A DNA stretch of 64,000 nt from Lama glama. Lineage: Eukaryota. The stretch spans positions 95,668,001 through 95,732,000 of the forward strand of contig CM052817.1 in NCBI GenBank assembly GCA_028534125.1, read 5' to 3'. Shown piece after piece: positions 14,068-26,500 of the stretch. The notes under the pieces were generated by a model. The model saw nothing but the letters and a program-made list of their open reading frames with translations. It ran no database searches and was not told the DNA's origin. Every line of letters starts with the position of its first letter. The stretch's first letter is position 1. A program made the position numbers and the translations under genes.

Positions 14068-14305
14068 TAGTTAGGTTCACAGAGACAGAAAGCAGAACAG
14101 TGGTTACCAGGGGCGGAGGGGAGGGTGGAATGGGGAATTCTTGTTTCCTGGGTACAAGATTTCAGTTCAGGATAATGAAAAAGTTCTGGAGATGGATGGT
14201 GGTGATTACACAACCATGTGAATGTACTTCATGCCAAACAACCATATACTTAAAAATGGTTGAAATGGTAAATTTCACGTAGGTATATTTTACCACAATA
14301 AAAAA
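14068..14305 (+). mobile_element. L1MB-like 3' end
   Basis: acagagacagaaagcagaacagtggttaccagggg...aaaaagttctggagatggatggtggtga...attttaccacaataaaaaa. Confidence 0.88.
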
Positions 14306-14835
14306 TTTTCCATTGGGAAAAAAAACCCCAAATTTAAAGACAATATTTATCACTTGCTCAAATTTAACAACTCTCTAATTCTTAATAGTAGTCTCTGTAT
14401 ATATGTCCTTTTAAAAAAATCTTTCAAATTAAGGCAATAAAAAACCTGAATCATGCAAGACAAATGTCCCACATAAGCAGGTTAAAGAACCCAATGGAGA
14501 GACAAGTTCACTAGAGCCCAAGGTCACACAAAGAACCCAAGGTCATCAACCTGCTCACCCTGTGACTTGTCCCCCACCGCGAGAACCCATACGGGGGGAA
14601 ACCAGAAGGAAATCAACAGTCCTTGTTGTTTTGAGACCCAAACCCTGACAGCCATGCCTACGTCCAAAGGGCTGCAAAACACAGTTTCAAGGAGACAACG
14701 TATGAGAGTGCAAACAATTGGAATTTACAGGGACCCTTGAAATCATCTAGTCCTACCAGCTCACTTTACAGATGAGAATACTGAGAGAGAGGGGGAGAGA
14801 GGGGGGAGAGAGAGAGGACAACCCTCTTCAAGTAC

Positions 14836-15316
14836 CTGACAGCTTCATGAGAAAATCAGACGCCATCTTAACAGAGATGTCCTGGCTGAACAATGCGGAC
14901 GCACTGTTGGCCACGTACTCGGAGGGGTCTCTCAGCTTTGTGTGGTTGGCCGGCCTGTCGGTAGCATTCAGAGTAAAGGAGGTTGGCAGGCCGTTATCTT
15001 CCTTGGGCTCCTCCTTCACCAGCAAAGGCGAGACGCCAGCCCCACCCTGGCTAGTCCTCTCTGGAGTGCTGGACGTCATCATGGTCCCCACTAGCTCTGT
15101 CCCTCCTCCTTCCCTTTGCTGCCCCAGGCAGGCACTGTCACTGAGGTGGGGAGATCCCTTGACATCAGGGTCTGGGATCTCCTCCTTCACCTTGGCTTCT
15201 GTCCTCAGGAAGTGCTGATGGCAACGCATGTGGAGTTTCAGGCTGAAGTGGCGGGACGAGGTGAAAGGGCATAGCTGGCACTGAAAGGTCTCTCCCCGGT
15301 CCTGGTGCTGATGAAC
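14836..15316 (-). CDS. ZNF827: ZNF827 coding exon 4 (481 nt; end of finger 2, finger 3, two VKEE SUMO-consensus motifs)
   Basis: Acceptor cttcctcgccag|GTTCAT, donor TCAG|gtactt. Translation VHQHQDRGETFQCQLCPFTSSRHFSLKLHMRCHQH...SQDISVKMASDFLMKLS, phase 0-1. Confidence 0.96.
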
Positions 15317-18300
15317 CTGGCGAGGAAGCAAGAAGAATGAGCTAGCCACCACGTGCTCACAGAAAACAGCCAGACTACTCATCAACCATCTCTGCACGGT
15401 ACAAAGGGCTGGCCCAGGAAATCAAATCACCAGAGGAGCATTTCATTACGTGCTGCAAGTAAGGAGGGGCATCTCTCAACAGAAAGCGGGTCCATGTAGG
15501 TCACAACTGAGGATGCTATCTGCCAACAGAGGCCATTTAGGGTAACCTCCTAACAGTTTACTCATCCCAACCCTGGTTGATGTCTTCGGAGGAAATATAA
15601 ACCCAGCACAATTTGAACTTGCATAATTACTAGTGGAGGTGGGGGGGTCAAAAGAGGTAACCTGTCAAGTAACTCCTCTCACAATATAACACGCTGCATG
15701 GACCCAATTATTACTGCCCAGAGAATTCGCTGTGTTTTGCAAACATAATTTCAATTTTCAAAAAACGCTTCTTTAAGTAATTAAGAATGTGGAAAATAAC
15801 ACCTCCAGGGTATTCCCGTTTCACAGACAGAGAAATCGAGACCCTGGAAGGAGTGGCTGGAGCAAAATCACACCTAAAGAAAATAGAGGGGGAGAAAAAC
15901 CAGGGGCTGACCCCCACCCAGCAAGATGAAACAGGTGTTTCCAAACGTGGTCCTTTCAGGCTCCAGATTCTGACATCTGCAATGAAAGCACGCAGACTTT
16001 TAAACCCAGTTCCAGTCTGACATGCACAATACCTGCAAGAATGGCAAGAAACCTTTTTTCTTCCTGTCACTGCCAAATTTAGCGCCTGAAACAGTGAGGA
16101 AATCATTGCATTGGCCCGAGCAAGGCTTCGAGCTGGCCGGTGCTCGGACGCTTGTAACTTCCCCATTCATCTCTGCCAATGCGCTTCAGTGCTGACCAGC
16201 TACACCCTGCTATTTCAGGACTGGCCCTCCCTTGAGTAGAAACTGCCAATTGTGCAGATTTGAGCCAAAAGATTTGGGGAGTTGTGTGATTTGGACCCAC
16301 AAGTGGATGGGATTCAAAACCCAAATCAAACTGACCCCTCATCTTTCAGTGGTGACCTAGGCGGGATTTGAACCCGGGTCTAACAAAGGTTAAAGGTCAA
16401 AGGTCCCTCATCCACCGCCACCACCTGGCCCCTCTTGTGCAGGCTTCCTTTCCAAGAGAGCAAGTTTTACTACAGCTGTTTATGCATTCTGAGTGCAATC
16501 CAAAAGCATTATTCACCAGCCAAAACATACTTTTAAGTAACGTTAAGTGACCAACAAAAGCAAAGAAATTAAAAGTTAATGGTGAGATCCTGTCGCTACA
16601 GCACCCCACTGTGGCTTTTTGAAAAAAACAAGAGAAGAAATTCTGGGTCCCCCAAAGTGTGAATTTCTCAACAGAGATAACGGGGTATAAACTTCAACTC
16701 AGTGTCAGGCAAAGCCCTGCTCATTAAAAGGCTTCCCTTGCCAGGTCGGGAGGGGCTGGGAGTGGGGGGTGGGGACACGCTCTTTGTCACTGGCTGTTAA
16801 GGTGACCAGTCTCTGTTCTTTCCCAGCAAAGGGCTTTCACTCTGGAACAGACTGAGTCATTTGCTTTCTCACAAAATCGTGACGATTCCCCAACCTTTTC
16901 TCCCACCCAATTCACACAGAAGCGGGCACGTTGGGGGCCTCGGGTCACAGCCCCAGGGGACCCTGACAGGTGCTGCCAGAAGCTCGCCCCGGAACCAGGG
17001 GGTAAATAAAGGTCAGCGGGCAGAAAGCTTCCGAGGTCCCTGGGAGCGAGCAGGGCGGTGGGGCAGGTTCCACTTCAGGAGTGTCCTGACATCCACTGCC
17101 CCAGGAGGGGAGAGGAGCTAATCCAGGAACAGAAGCTCTGGAAAGCAGCTTCTGGAAAGAAGGAAAAGGGCAGAGAGCGAGCCCAGGTTCTAAAATTGAA
17201 AAGGGAGTCCTGGATTCCAAAAGCGTCTGTGCCCCAGGACGGCCCAGGGCTTCTTTTCCACCCCATTCTGGCCTGGCTATATTTAGTTGTGCAAAGAACA
17301 AGTGACCGTTTAAAAGAAAAACAGTGGATTCGGTGTTGACTTTCGCACTGAGAATTTTAGTTGAGCTAGACCATCCTCGGGGGGCTGGAGCTTGCTTTTT
17401 GCTTTGGAGGGAAGTCTCTCCCCTGCTCTCCGGACAGAAAAACACTTTCTGGGATCATTTTGATTCTCTTTAGCCTGCATCGGCTTCAAAGACCCTCTCG
17501 GTCTGCTAACGTGAAGAAAACGCTTGACTAAAGCGTGTTGTTCTTTCCAGGTCACGCAGAGACGTGCTTCCTGCTGGCCACTCTGCACCACGAGCACATG
17601 TCACCACCCTAAGAGGTGGGATGTAGAAGGCACTGTGACATCATTGGGTCCATCTACTGGTAGCAGTCAGACGCAAATGAGGACACTTTAGGAAACGTCT
17701 CGTCCCCTCCTTAGGGAACGGGGCAGTCTGGGAGGGGGCTTCCTGAGGAGTCAGCCCCTTAGCTGGCAAGACTGAGACTAGAAGAAATCAGCACCCTGAC
17801 CCTTGCCCCACTTTCTGCCATTCCTTCACCGAGGTTCTGGATCTTAGTCCTCCTCACCTTCACTGTTCAATTTCAGCCTGCGAATTTCCCACTTAATTCC
17901 TGTATGATCCCTCATCCAGGAAAGTTGTAAAAGACTTAATGGAAATCTAAGATAACCCTGAGGAAGCAGGAGGCATTTACAGGCTCCTTCCGCAGCAAGC
18001 CATAAAAACATTCACATGATATATTAAGGAGGAAAGGCAGGCTTTCAGAAAATGTACAGAGCCTACACCCTAGCAAGCCCTATATTTGCTGAACAAATAA
18101 AGGAGAACCCCATTTTTCTTAAGTAAATCTATATAATCAAGGTAGAAGGACAGAGATTAGAATGATAATACTGGTTATTTCTGCGTGATGGGATGAAGGG
18201 TCAATTTCATATTCTTATTGTTTATCAGTTTTCCTTCATTTTCAACACAAAAGATATGTCGCAAAGAGAAAAAAGCAGTAAAATTTAGAGTCCTTTTCTG

Positions 18301-18371
18301 CCTCGTCATTAATTTATTTCTTGATGTAAATGTCAGTATATATTCAGATGGCTTTGGGATACTAACTACTA

Positions 18372-18580
18372 CAGTAGCTATATTTATTGTTTTTTCACGC
18401 TGGGCATCATAGTAAGGGCTGTCTGTCCATTATCTCATTTAACCTTTATAACAACTCTGTGAGACAGATCATATGATTATTATCTCCATAAGTGGAAACA
18501 GAGGCTTAGAGAGGTTCAACGATTTGCCCAAAGTTCCACAGCTACTAAAACTAGTGGAACCGAGATTCTAACTAAGGTTT
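18372..18580 (-). mobile_element. MIR SINE
   Basis: attatctcatttaacc...ggaaacagaggcttagagagg...ttgcccaaag...cacagcta. Confidence 0.8.
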
Positions 18581-20979
18581 TTTGTTTTGTTTTTTTTTCC
18601 CTGACCACACAGTTTGAGATCTTCATCTACAGGCTATCCTGCCCCTACTTCAGAGGCAGGATTCCTTTTAGAAAATCTATCCATATTTGTCGTCTCTGGT
18701 GTGCACACAGCAGAGAATACCTATTTACAAGGCCACAGCCATCATATCTCGATGTAGACTATGTTTTCAAAATTTAGCAACATTTAAGTGTGTTTAATCA
18801 AAATAAATTATGAATTTTTTGATTAAAGCAAAAAAACAGGCACATCAAATAAAAAAGAAAACACACACCATCTGATGAAATTAAACTTGCATGAGCTCTT
18901 CTCACACTTGACTTCTCAAAAGCTCAACAGGTTAGGACACCATGAGGCTGAATAAAGTAGTAATTTCACACAGCTGTTTTATTGTACTGGTTATTGATTT
19001 GTTCTGAAAGCTTTCTAAGACCTCACGACCCGCAGAGCCCTGGCCGCTCGCATCAGTATCACTGTCATGGCCGACCGTCTGTACCATCAAGGCACCAACT
19101 CATCTCCCTGGAGTTTCAGGGTCAGTAGTTCCTGCTATTGAAAAACCCAGCTTTTTTTTTCCCCATGAGCTTATAAATAGGTTGTTTTAAGTGACCCTGA
19201 GTAGAAACCAGGCTTACAAGGTGTCAGGCCAGATGCAAGTGTTCTGCTCACTGAAGCTTTAAATTTGCCAGACTTGATTTCCAAACACAGTGTAAGGACA
19301 TAGTAACGAAAACAAATTTTAGTTTTAAAGGTGTCTCTTTGGAAGTCTCATCCTGCTGCTGAAATCCACTTTGCAGGTGTGAAATATACGAGATTTTACT
19401 TTGGGAAGAGGTGACAGAGGATGAGGGGAGTGTAAGTAAAAAACTACGTTGGCTCAGTAAAATTCAACGGACCAGAACCCCTGGTTAAATGGATTCTGAA
19501 GATGAAGGCTGTGCTACTCCCAGAAGAAAAAGGCAAATGGTAGAAAATAAATTTATAGTGGTTTTAATTTTTTTTTAATTTTCCAAGCTCTTTCCTCAAG
19601 TCAGTGGAGGTTCTGTTTGATCACACTTTTTTAGAACTACAATTCTAAACAGTGATTACTGATCTATTCAGAAGGATGAGACCACAAGATTTTTTTAAAA
19701 AAAGTAAATAGCTCAATTATGTACATACACTATACTTCTTATGGCAGGAAAATTAACATTTTATAATGTCAACAGCCAGACAATGCTGCAAATATCAGTG
19801 AAAATGATTGTTATTATTAAGGTATTCAGTGATAGTTAATGAAATTAAATAACCACCATTGAACAATTCTGTGTCAGATCCTTTGCTAATATCACCTCCT
19901 TAAATATTAATAACTCTTCCAGATGAACATAGTTGTTCCCATTAAGCAGGTGAGAAAACTGAGTTTAATGACTCATTTGCTCACGGCCACTTAGCTAGTA
20001 AGTTGCACAATAAATGCAGACCTATCAAATTCAACAGCCTGTGTTCTTTAAAAATTCTTTTTAAAAATCACTTTACTGATACATAATTCCCATATCATGA
20101 AATTCACCTAATTTAATGTATACAATTCAATGGTTTTTAGTATATTCCAGAAGCTCACGCTCTTTTGATCTCATGAGTTTTCTCCTTGAATTTCAGACGA
20201 AACCCTCAGTACTAACAGGGTCTGCTAAAAAGACTGCTAGATGACTAGGTTTTCCCCCAGCTCACGCAAGAGTGACACATAGTCTGGTCAATTCCCTATG
20301 TGCTCATTAACAGGCACAAGCCCTCCAATTGCTCCTAAGAGCACATTGGGGACAATGCCTTTAGATGTTTGCTAAGTGTGATCCTGGGAATTATGACAGC
20401 CCAAACACTGACAGCCTCGGGAGGACTCAGTCTTGCCAGGAATGGCCCCCAAGCCTCCCACGGGGCATATATTAAAGCCCAGGTGTCTTTCAGTGTCCTC
20501 AGCCTGCCTACAAGATGTCCCTGGTTTGTAAACTGAAGGGCGAAGCAACAGCAGAAGAGGGCATTCCCTCCAGGAAGGGGAGCAGGTCCAGCAGCCCTTC
20601 AGGTACCTGTCCTCCCCTGCTTCCTGCCCTCCCCCATCTTTTTGTCGGAGTGTCCCAAAATCCATCCCCATGCAAGGCCTGGGGAGGCTGCTGCTTCCCA
20701 ACAGAAAAGGATGTTCTACGTTACATCTATGACTTGTAGTTTGAAGCTTCTTGCTGCCTTTAAGTTCTGCGCTGTGAAATGGACATGAAGATACCTACAA
20801 GGAGATCCCTTTCCATGTGCCTCATCCGCACTGCATTCTGCCTTTCAACACTGAGCACTGCCATCCATAGGCTCCACCCATGGCCCTACTCCTGCCTTGA
20901 AGGCTCTGGCACGGGGGACCATGCGCAAGGGCCCTGGCTGTGCCCGCGTCTGTGGAAGCCCCGTCTGCAGGTGGCTTAC

Positions 20980-21152
20980 CTTCATGTGGGATTTGAGATT
21001 GTCCTTGCGAGCACACCGGAATGGACAGAGCGGACACTGATGACTTTTTAAACCTGTGTGTATCACCATGTGCCGCTTCCAGTAACTCTTCCTTTTTATA
21101 ACCAAACCACATATGGGACACTGGAAAGGCTTTCCGCTTTCCTCTTCTGAGG
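20980..21152 (-). CDS. ZNF827: ZNF827 coding exon 3 (173 nt; C2H2 finger 1 and most of finger 2)
   Basis: Acceptor ttccttcttcgaag|CCTCAG, donor AAG|gtaagc. Translation SEEESGKPFQCPICGLVIKRKSYWKRHMVIHTGLKSHQCPLCPFRCARKDNLKSHMK, phase 1-0. Confidence 0.96.
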
Positions 21153-21250
21153 CTTCGAAGAAGGAAAGAGACAGGAAAATTAAGGAAAACAAAAAGGTAC
21201 ATTGCATCCAGCACTAATACACATGCATCACTCTAAAAAGAACACTAATG

Positions 21251-21758
21251 GATATAGAGGATGTGGTATGTGTGTGTGTGTCTATATATATATAGACACA
21301 CACACACATATGCACACAATGGAATACTACTCAGCCATAAAAAATAATTAAACAATGCCATTTGCAGCAATATGGATGGACCTAGAGATCATCATACTAA
21401 GTGAAGTAAGTCAGACAGAGAAAGAAAAATACCATATGGTATCACTTACGTGTGGAACCAAAAAAAAAAAAGACACAAAGGACACAAGCGAACTTATTTA
21501 CAAACAAACTTTTGATTACCAGGGGAAAGGGGGTGGGGAGAGATAAACTGGGAGTTTGAGATTTGCAGATACACACTACTGTATATAAAATAGATAAACA
21601 ACAAGGTACTACTGTATAGCACAGGGAACTATATTCAACATCTTGTAATGGCCTATAATGAAAAAGAAGATGAAAAGGAATATATATATAACTGAATCAA
21701 TATGTTGTACACCAGAAATTAACACAACATTATAAATCAACTATACTTCAATTAAAAA
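21251..21758 (+). mobile_element. 5'-truncated lineage L1 (ORF2 C-terminus + 3' UTR + polyA) with TSD
   Basis: Encodes MPFAAIWMDLEIIILSEVSQ, the L1 ORF2 end. TSD aaaaagaacactaatg (21235-21250) / aaaaaggacagtaatg (21759-21774). Confidence 0.92.
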
Positions 21759-22899
21759 AAAAAGGACAGTAATGATGACTTGGGTTTTTTGTTTGTTTGA
21801 TCAGCCATTCCAAGGCTTTATCCATGAGGAAGCTTTATTACCACTTTTCTTTAGGTAGAAACCCACATTCATCTCATTACTTCCATCCAGGTTCCGTTTT
21901 TCAAGATCTGAGCATCCCCCTCTTGTGAAAGTCTTGCTTCCAGGGACCATCCCACACTTCGGAAGGTATCTGTCCTGGCTCACCCCAAAGAAGCCTGACT
22001 TCAGGGGCTGTATTTCCTGAAGGAAACTGCCAGACTCTGGCTCATATCTGAGTTCCTGAACTTGGAAAAACAGCAAGAAATGAAGACAAATGAAGTGGGA
22101 CGGAGCATAACACCACACTGAAAACCAAAGAGCCATCGTAAACCTCACACGCTGAACTCCAATGGAGACACATTTCAGGGTCCCCCTGCTGACTCGTTTA
22201 GTTACGGCTGGAGCAGGTGCCGCTGCCAATTTGGCCATCAGGGGGTCTCCAGGTCAGGGGTTTTCACCCTCTTAATTCTGTCCTTCTAGTGGCCACTGAG
22301 ATGTGCTGCCTTCCCCGGCACTGCGGCCGGGCCCCGCCGCCCATCTGGGAAGAGCTACAAACAGGCAGCAGCAAATGTTTCCCTTTTTTTAAGGGTGGCA
22401 AGCAAACCAACTAACCCTCCAAGGAAAGCTAAGATAACTCTCTCCTCCATCCTATCACCAAGGGAAGGGTGTCTGTTGTGACACTCTGTTGCTACCTGTC
22501 TGACCCATCAATTTATATCACTCAGGACCACACTAGCCCCTGCAATCTGGGGATACAAGAAATAAAGACGAGTAGAGTTAAGGACTCAGACTCTCCAATC
22601 TTAATCATGGGGGATCAGAAACATTTCCAAACTGCTTAAGTTGTAATATGTTCATAAAATGAAAGAAGCCATTTTAAAAAATGAACTAGATCTACAGATG
22701 CTGATACAGAAATACGTCCAGGGTATTAGAGCTAGCGGATAGAGCAAGAATGGAAACTAGATGTCTAGGGGGATTCTATTTTTGTTTTCTCAAAAATAGG
22801 AATCACTTGCTGCTCACACCACTGGGTGTAAGGTTGACAGGTGACTTTATAAAGGATGAAGCAAGCTAACAACACCTAAAACTGCTACTCAACTTCAAC

Positions 22900-23560
22900 A
22901 TCACTAAAAATGGAACAGACAGTGTGTATCCTCTGATAATCCATCTAGGAAATAGTCTTACAAAACATGTAATCAGGCTTGTTTACAACTAGCAGTTTAC
23001 TGGAAATACAGGTGATTTTTTAAAAAAAATATTAAACACAACAAAAGGGATGGAATCAGCCTCATTCAGAATGTGGGACATTCTATAGGACAGATGACCC
23101 AGTTTCTTCAACAAATAAATGGCATTTTAAAAAGGGAAGAGGTGACAGATGAAAAGACACTTAGAGACACATAAAGCAAATGCAAGGTGTGAAGCGTATT
23201 TTGATCCTCATTTGAACAAGGCAATTATAAAAAGCCACTTTGGGGATAATTGAGAAAAATACTGATTTTAGCCTGGGTGTCCCATAATACCACGTCACAA
23301 TTGCTGGTCCTGTTAAATACGATAATAGTTAATGCGGCCATTTGTTTTTAAAGTCCGTGTGTGTATGTGTGTGTGTATATATATACATATGTGTGTGTAT
23401 ATATATATATAAATAAATATTTATATATTTATATATAAATATATATATAAATAAATATATATATATAAATAAATATTTATATATAAATATATATATATAT
23501 ATAAATAAATATTTACAAGCAAATGAATATGAGGTCTGGGATTTGCTTTTAAATACTTAA
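22900..23560 (+). mobile_element. Ancient L1ME/L1MC 3' fragment
   Basis: cagaatgtgggacattcta...ttcttcaacaaataaatggc...aaatgcaa...tctgggatttgcttttaaatact. Confidence 0.7.
23357..23515. repeat. Compound (TG)n/(TA)n/TAAA AT-rich microsatellite
   Basis: Directly visible; about 115 bp of pure A/T follow the TG part. Confidence 0.95.
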
Positions 23561-26500
23561 GCAAAAAAAAAAAAAAAGAAAGGAATAGGAAGAATGAGAT
23601 GAATAAATGAAACCAAAACAGATCTTTTTATCTGTATGAAAATCGTCTAGGAGCGTACCCAAGAAACCATAAAGCAGTTAATTTTAAAGAATTGTGGGTT
23701 AAACAGAAGGGATCATGGTAGGAAACTTTTGTTTTCATTTTACATTCCTTTTTACTATTTGAATTTTTCAATATACACATTACTTTTATCATTTTAAATG
23801 GAAATATTCTGAAGTGTAAACTTTAACACAATCTTATTATTTCTTCATTGAGTCAATGGAGTCTCCACGTGCAAAGAACCACTTAAAACGGAGGGACCCC
23901 AGAAGAGTTTGGGGAGAGAGTCAGGACCTTCCAAGGACGCCCGTTTTACGTTTAGCACACTGCTTATCGGTGTAAGCACTGCTGGTTAGCTCAACCCAGC
24001 AACTTGAAAAAGAATCCTCTATCTTAAAAATACACCCTTCAAGTCTGGAAATTCTGAGATGTGTTCCATTACAAGCATTTCCTTCTCTGATTGGGGGTGG
24101 GCTGGGGGTGGAGGGTTTCCTTTCCCTTCTGCTCTAGGAAAAGCACCAGAGCCTTGACCCATCAGAGCCTTCCTGCTGCCTCTGCTGACCTGGAGTCCAG
24201 TCCCTAACCCGGCCTCTCATTTTCTATCCTTCATTGTCATTCCCTCCACTCTGATAACTTGATCTCAAGGACAACAGGTTGAACAACAGATTTGAGAGAA
24301 AAGACTGAATCCGGCCCCTCAGTGAGATTCTTGTCATAAGCCAGAGGGGAGAAAATCATAATGATGTCTTTTGGGGGCTGTAAGAACATGAAAGTAGTAA
24401 GAAAGAGATGCACAAACAGGCTGCCACTAATCTCCATCTTCAGGAAGTATTTCCCACCGTCTAAACCCTAAACTGCCTAATTTTACACAATGGTCTGGGA
24501 GAGGAGAGGAAAACTTAGATGTCCTCCACTGACCTGAGATTTCACAGCACATCACAGAAAGGCAATAAAAGGGCATTTACTGATGAAAGGAACATTGCTG
24601 GCTTCCCCTAACACCTTGTTTTGCCTAACGTGACCAACATGCTTCCTATTTTTTCTGACACCGCCCCCGGCCCCCACCCCAATCACCTCTTCTACATTGC
24701 AAATGTGTCCCAGACTCCACTACATTAAACCCTGCATATTCAAATTTCATATAAATCTATTTTATTTGGGATCTACACTTCCTTAGCTTTAATTAATATC
24801 AAAATATACATGAATCATGTACCAATTAAGGTGTCCTTGGATTGACTGGGGAAAAAATGAGAATACTCATAATGCAGAGAAACTAAACCGCAAGATATGA
24901 GGTCAAATTGCTGAACTACAGTAACTATTTGACATTTTTAACTGATCACAGCAGGAAAGGAAGACAGAAGCCAAATGATAAACGTAACCAGAATGCAACG
25001 ATAGAGTTTAAAAGCTGGCCAACAATTTTCCGTGGTAATGTCTGCATTTTTATTTATTTAAAGAATTCACAGTTTACTAGGATGCCCTCCATGCCTATAG
25101 GGTGTTGTTAACTATTTTAGAGAAAGGAGGAAGTAAGGATGTATTCTATTTTGTATGCCAAAGTATTTTCAAGGAACTGCACATTCTTCAGGCAACAGGA
25201 TTGAAATGTTCATAATTTCATTGGTTTACAACTGCCCGAGGAACCACCTCCCCTAAACACACCACTGGTTAGTATCTCTGCAAACAAAACTAAATTCCAC
25301 CAAACGCTACCAGACCCAGTGGGATGGATAGCTGCTAACTGGCTCCTTTGGAGAAAAACATGTTCTCTTTATAGGCAATAACGTCACTGGAATACAAGAG
25401 ATAATAAATGCATGTCCAATGCCTGCCATGCCGTAGATGGGAGCTGTTGGTAGTAGCTGTCGTAGTAATAGTCGTGACAATGAACTCTGGTCATACCCTC
25501 CAAAGCAGAAAACTTACCATCGGAGCAGGCGTAAATGTAAACAATTGACGCCACATAATAAATATGCAGCTTGGGACCTGGCCCAGCACAGCAGGTTGTT
25601 ACTGGAGCCAAGAGGAAATAAACTTCAGCAGGAATTCACCGTGCTGTTCAGGTAGGTCCAGCTCAGCCTATGCAGAACTCTGATGGCCAATTTCAGCTCG
25701 GCAGGGAAAAGAGAAAGACGGGAAAGATGGAAGGGGGAAGGAAGAAGAGGGTGGAGGTGGGAACTGGCTGAGGCAGGGCTGGAAGTCCTCACCATGTGTC
25801 TCCAGCACCCAAAACCATGCGGAGACAAAGTATAATCCAGTAATTATGTGTTGGACTGTAATGAGATTAAGAGGAAAGACTGGGTCAAGAGAGTATGAAA
25901 CAAGGGCTAGAAATGGAAGGAAAAGGTACCGGAAGCTGCCATAGGTCCCAGCAGAAGTAGCGTTAACCCGAGAGCACACGCCTTTCACACAGAATGCCGA
26001 TACACACCTTAAAAGAATGGGTATGTAAACCATGAAGACCACATACTCATAGAGACGTTCACAGACTCATACCTCACTTACTTCCAGAGTGAATTTTGGA
26101 GCAGCTTATATTAAAAGTGCATGCAGTGTGACTACCTCATTAATAAAGCATAACGACCTGTATCAAGCTATTTACAATCGACAGGATCTGCCCCAGGCAG
26201 AGAGATGGTCTTCAGGTTTGATAGTGAATTTTAAGTAGCAACGTATTTAATTTAAAAATAGAGGTGGGGGAAAGGTTTGCTTTGAGTTGATAGACAAATA
26301 GAGTTAAAGAAAGTGAAAGGGAGGAATTGTAAAGCAAGGAAGAATCTAGGAGCTAATTCCCCACCAGCTCAGCGTACAATCGAGAAAACTGAACTGAGCT
26401 GTGTGCTTAACAGTCCCTCCGCTCATTAGAGGCAGGGTGGGGATTGCAGCCAATCTCCTCACTTCCGGTTGGTCCTCTACCCTACTGTCTGTATATAAAT

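Noticed and set aside
1..14835. Further ZNF827 coding exons, or elements for the reported neuronal circZNF827
   Set aside because: No ORF matches the expected continuation after exon 4, so exon 5 lies outside the window and circularisation partners cannot be assessed here.
21355..21546. ORFs resembling a protein C-terminus (also 50229-50432)
   Set aside because: These are remnants of L1 ORF2 in truncated insertions, not host genes.
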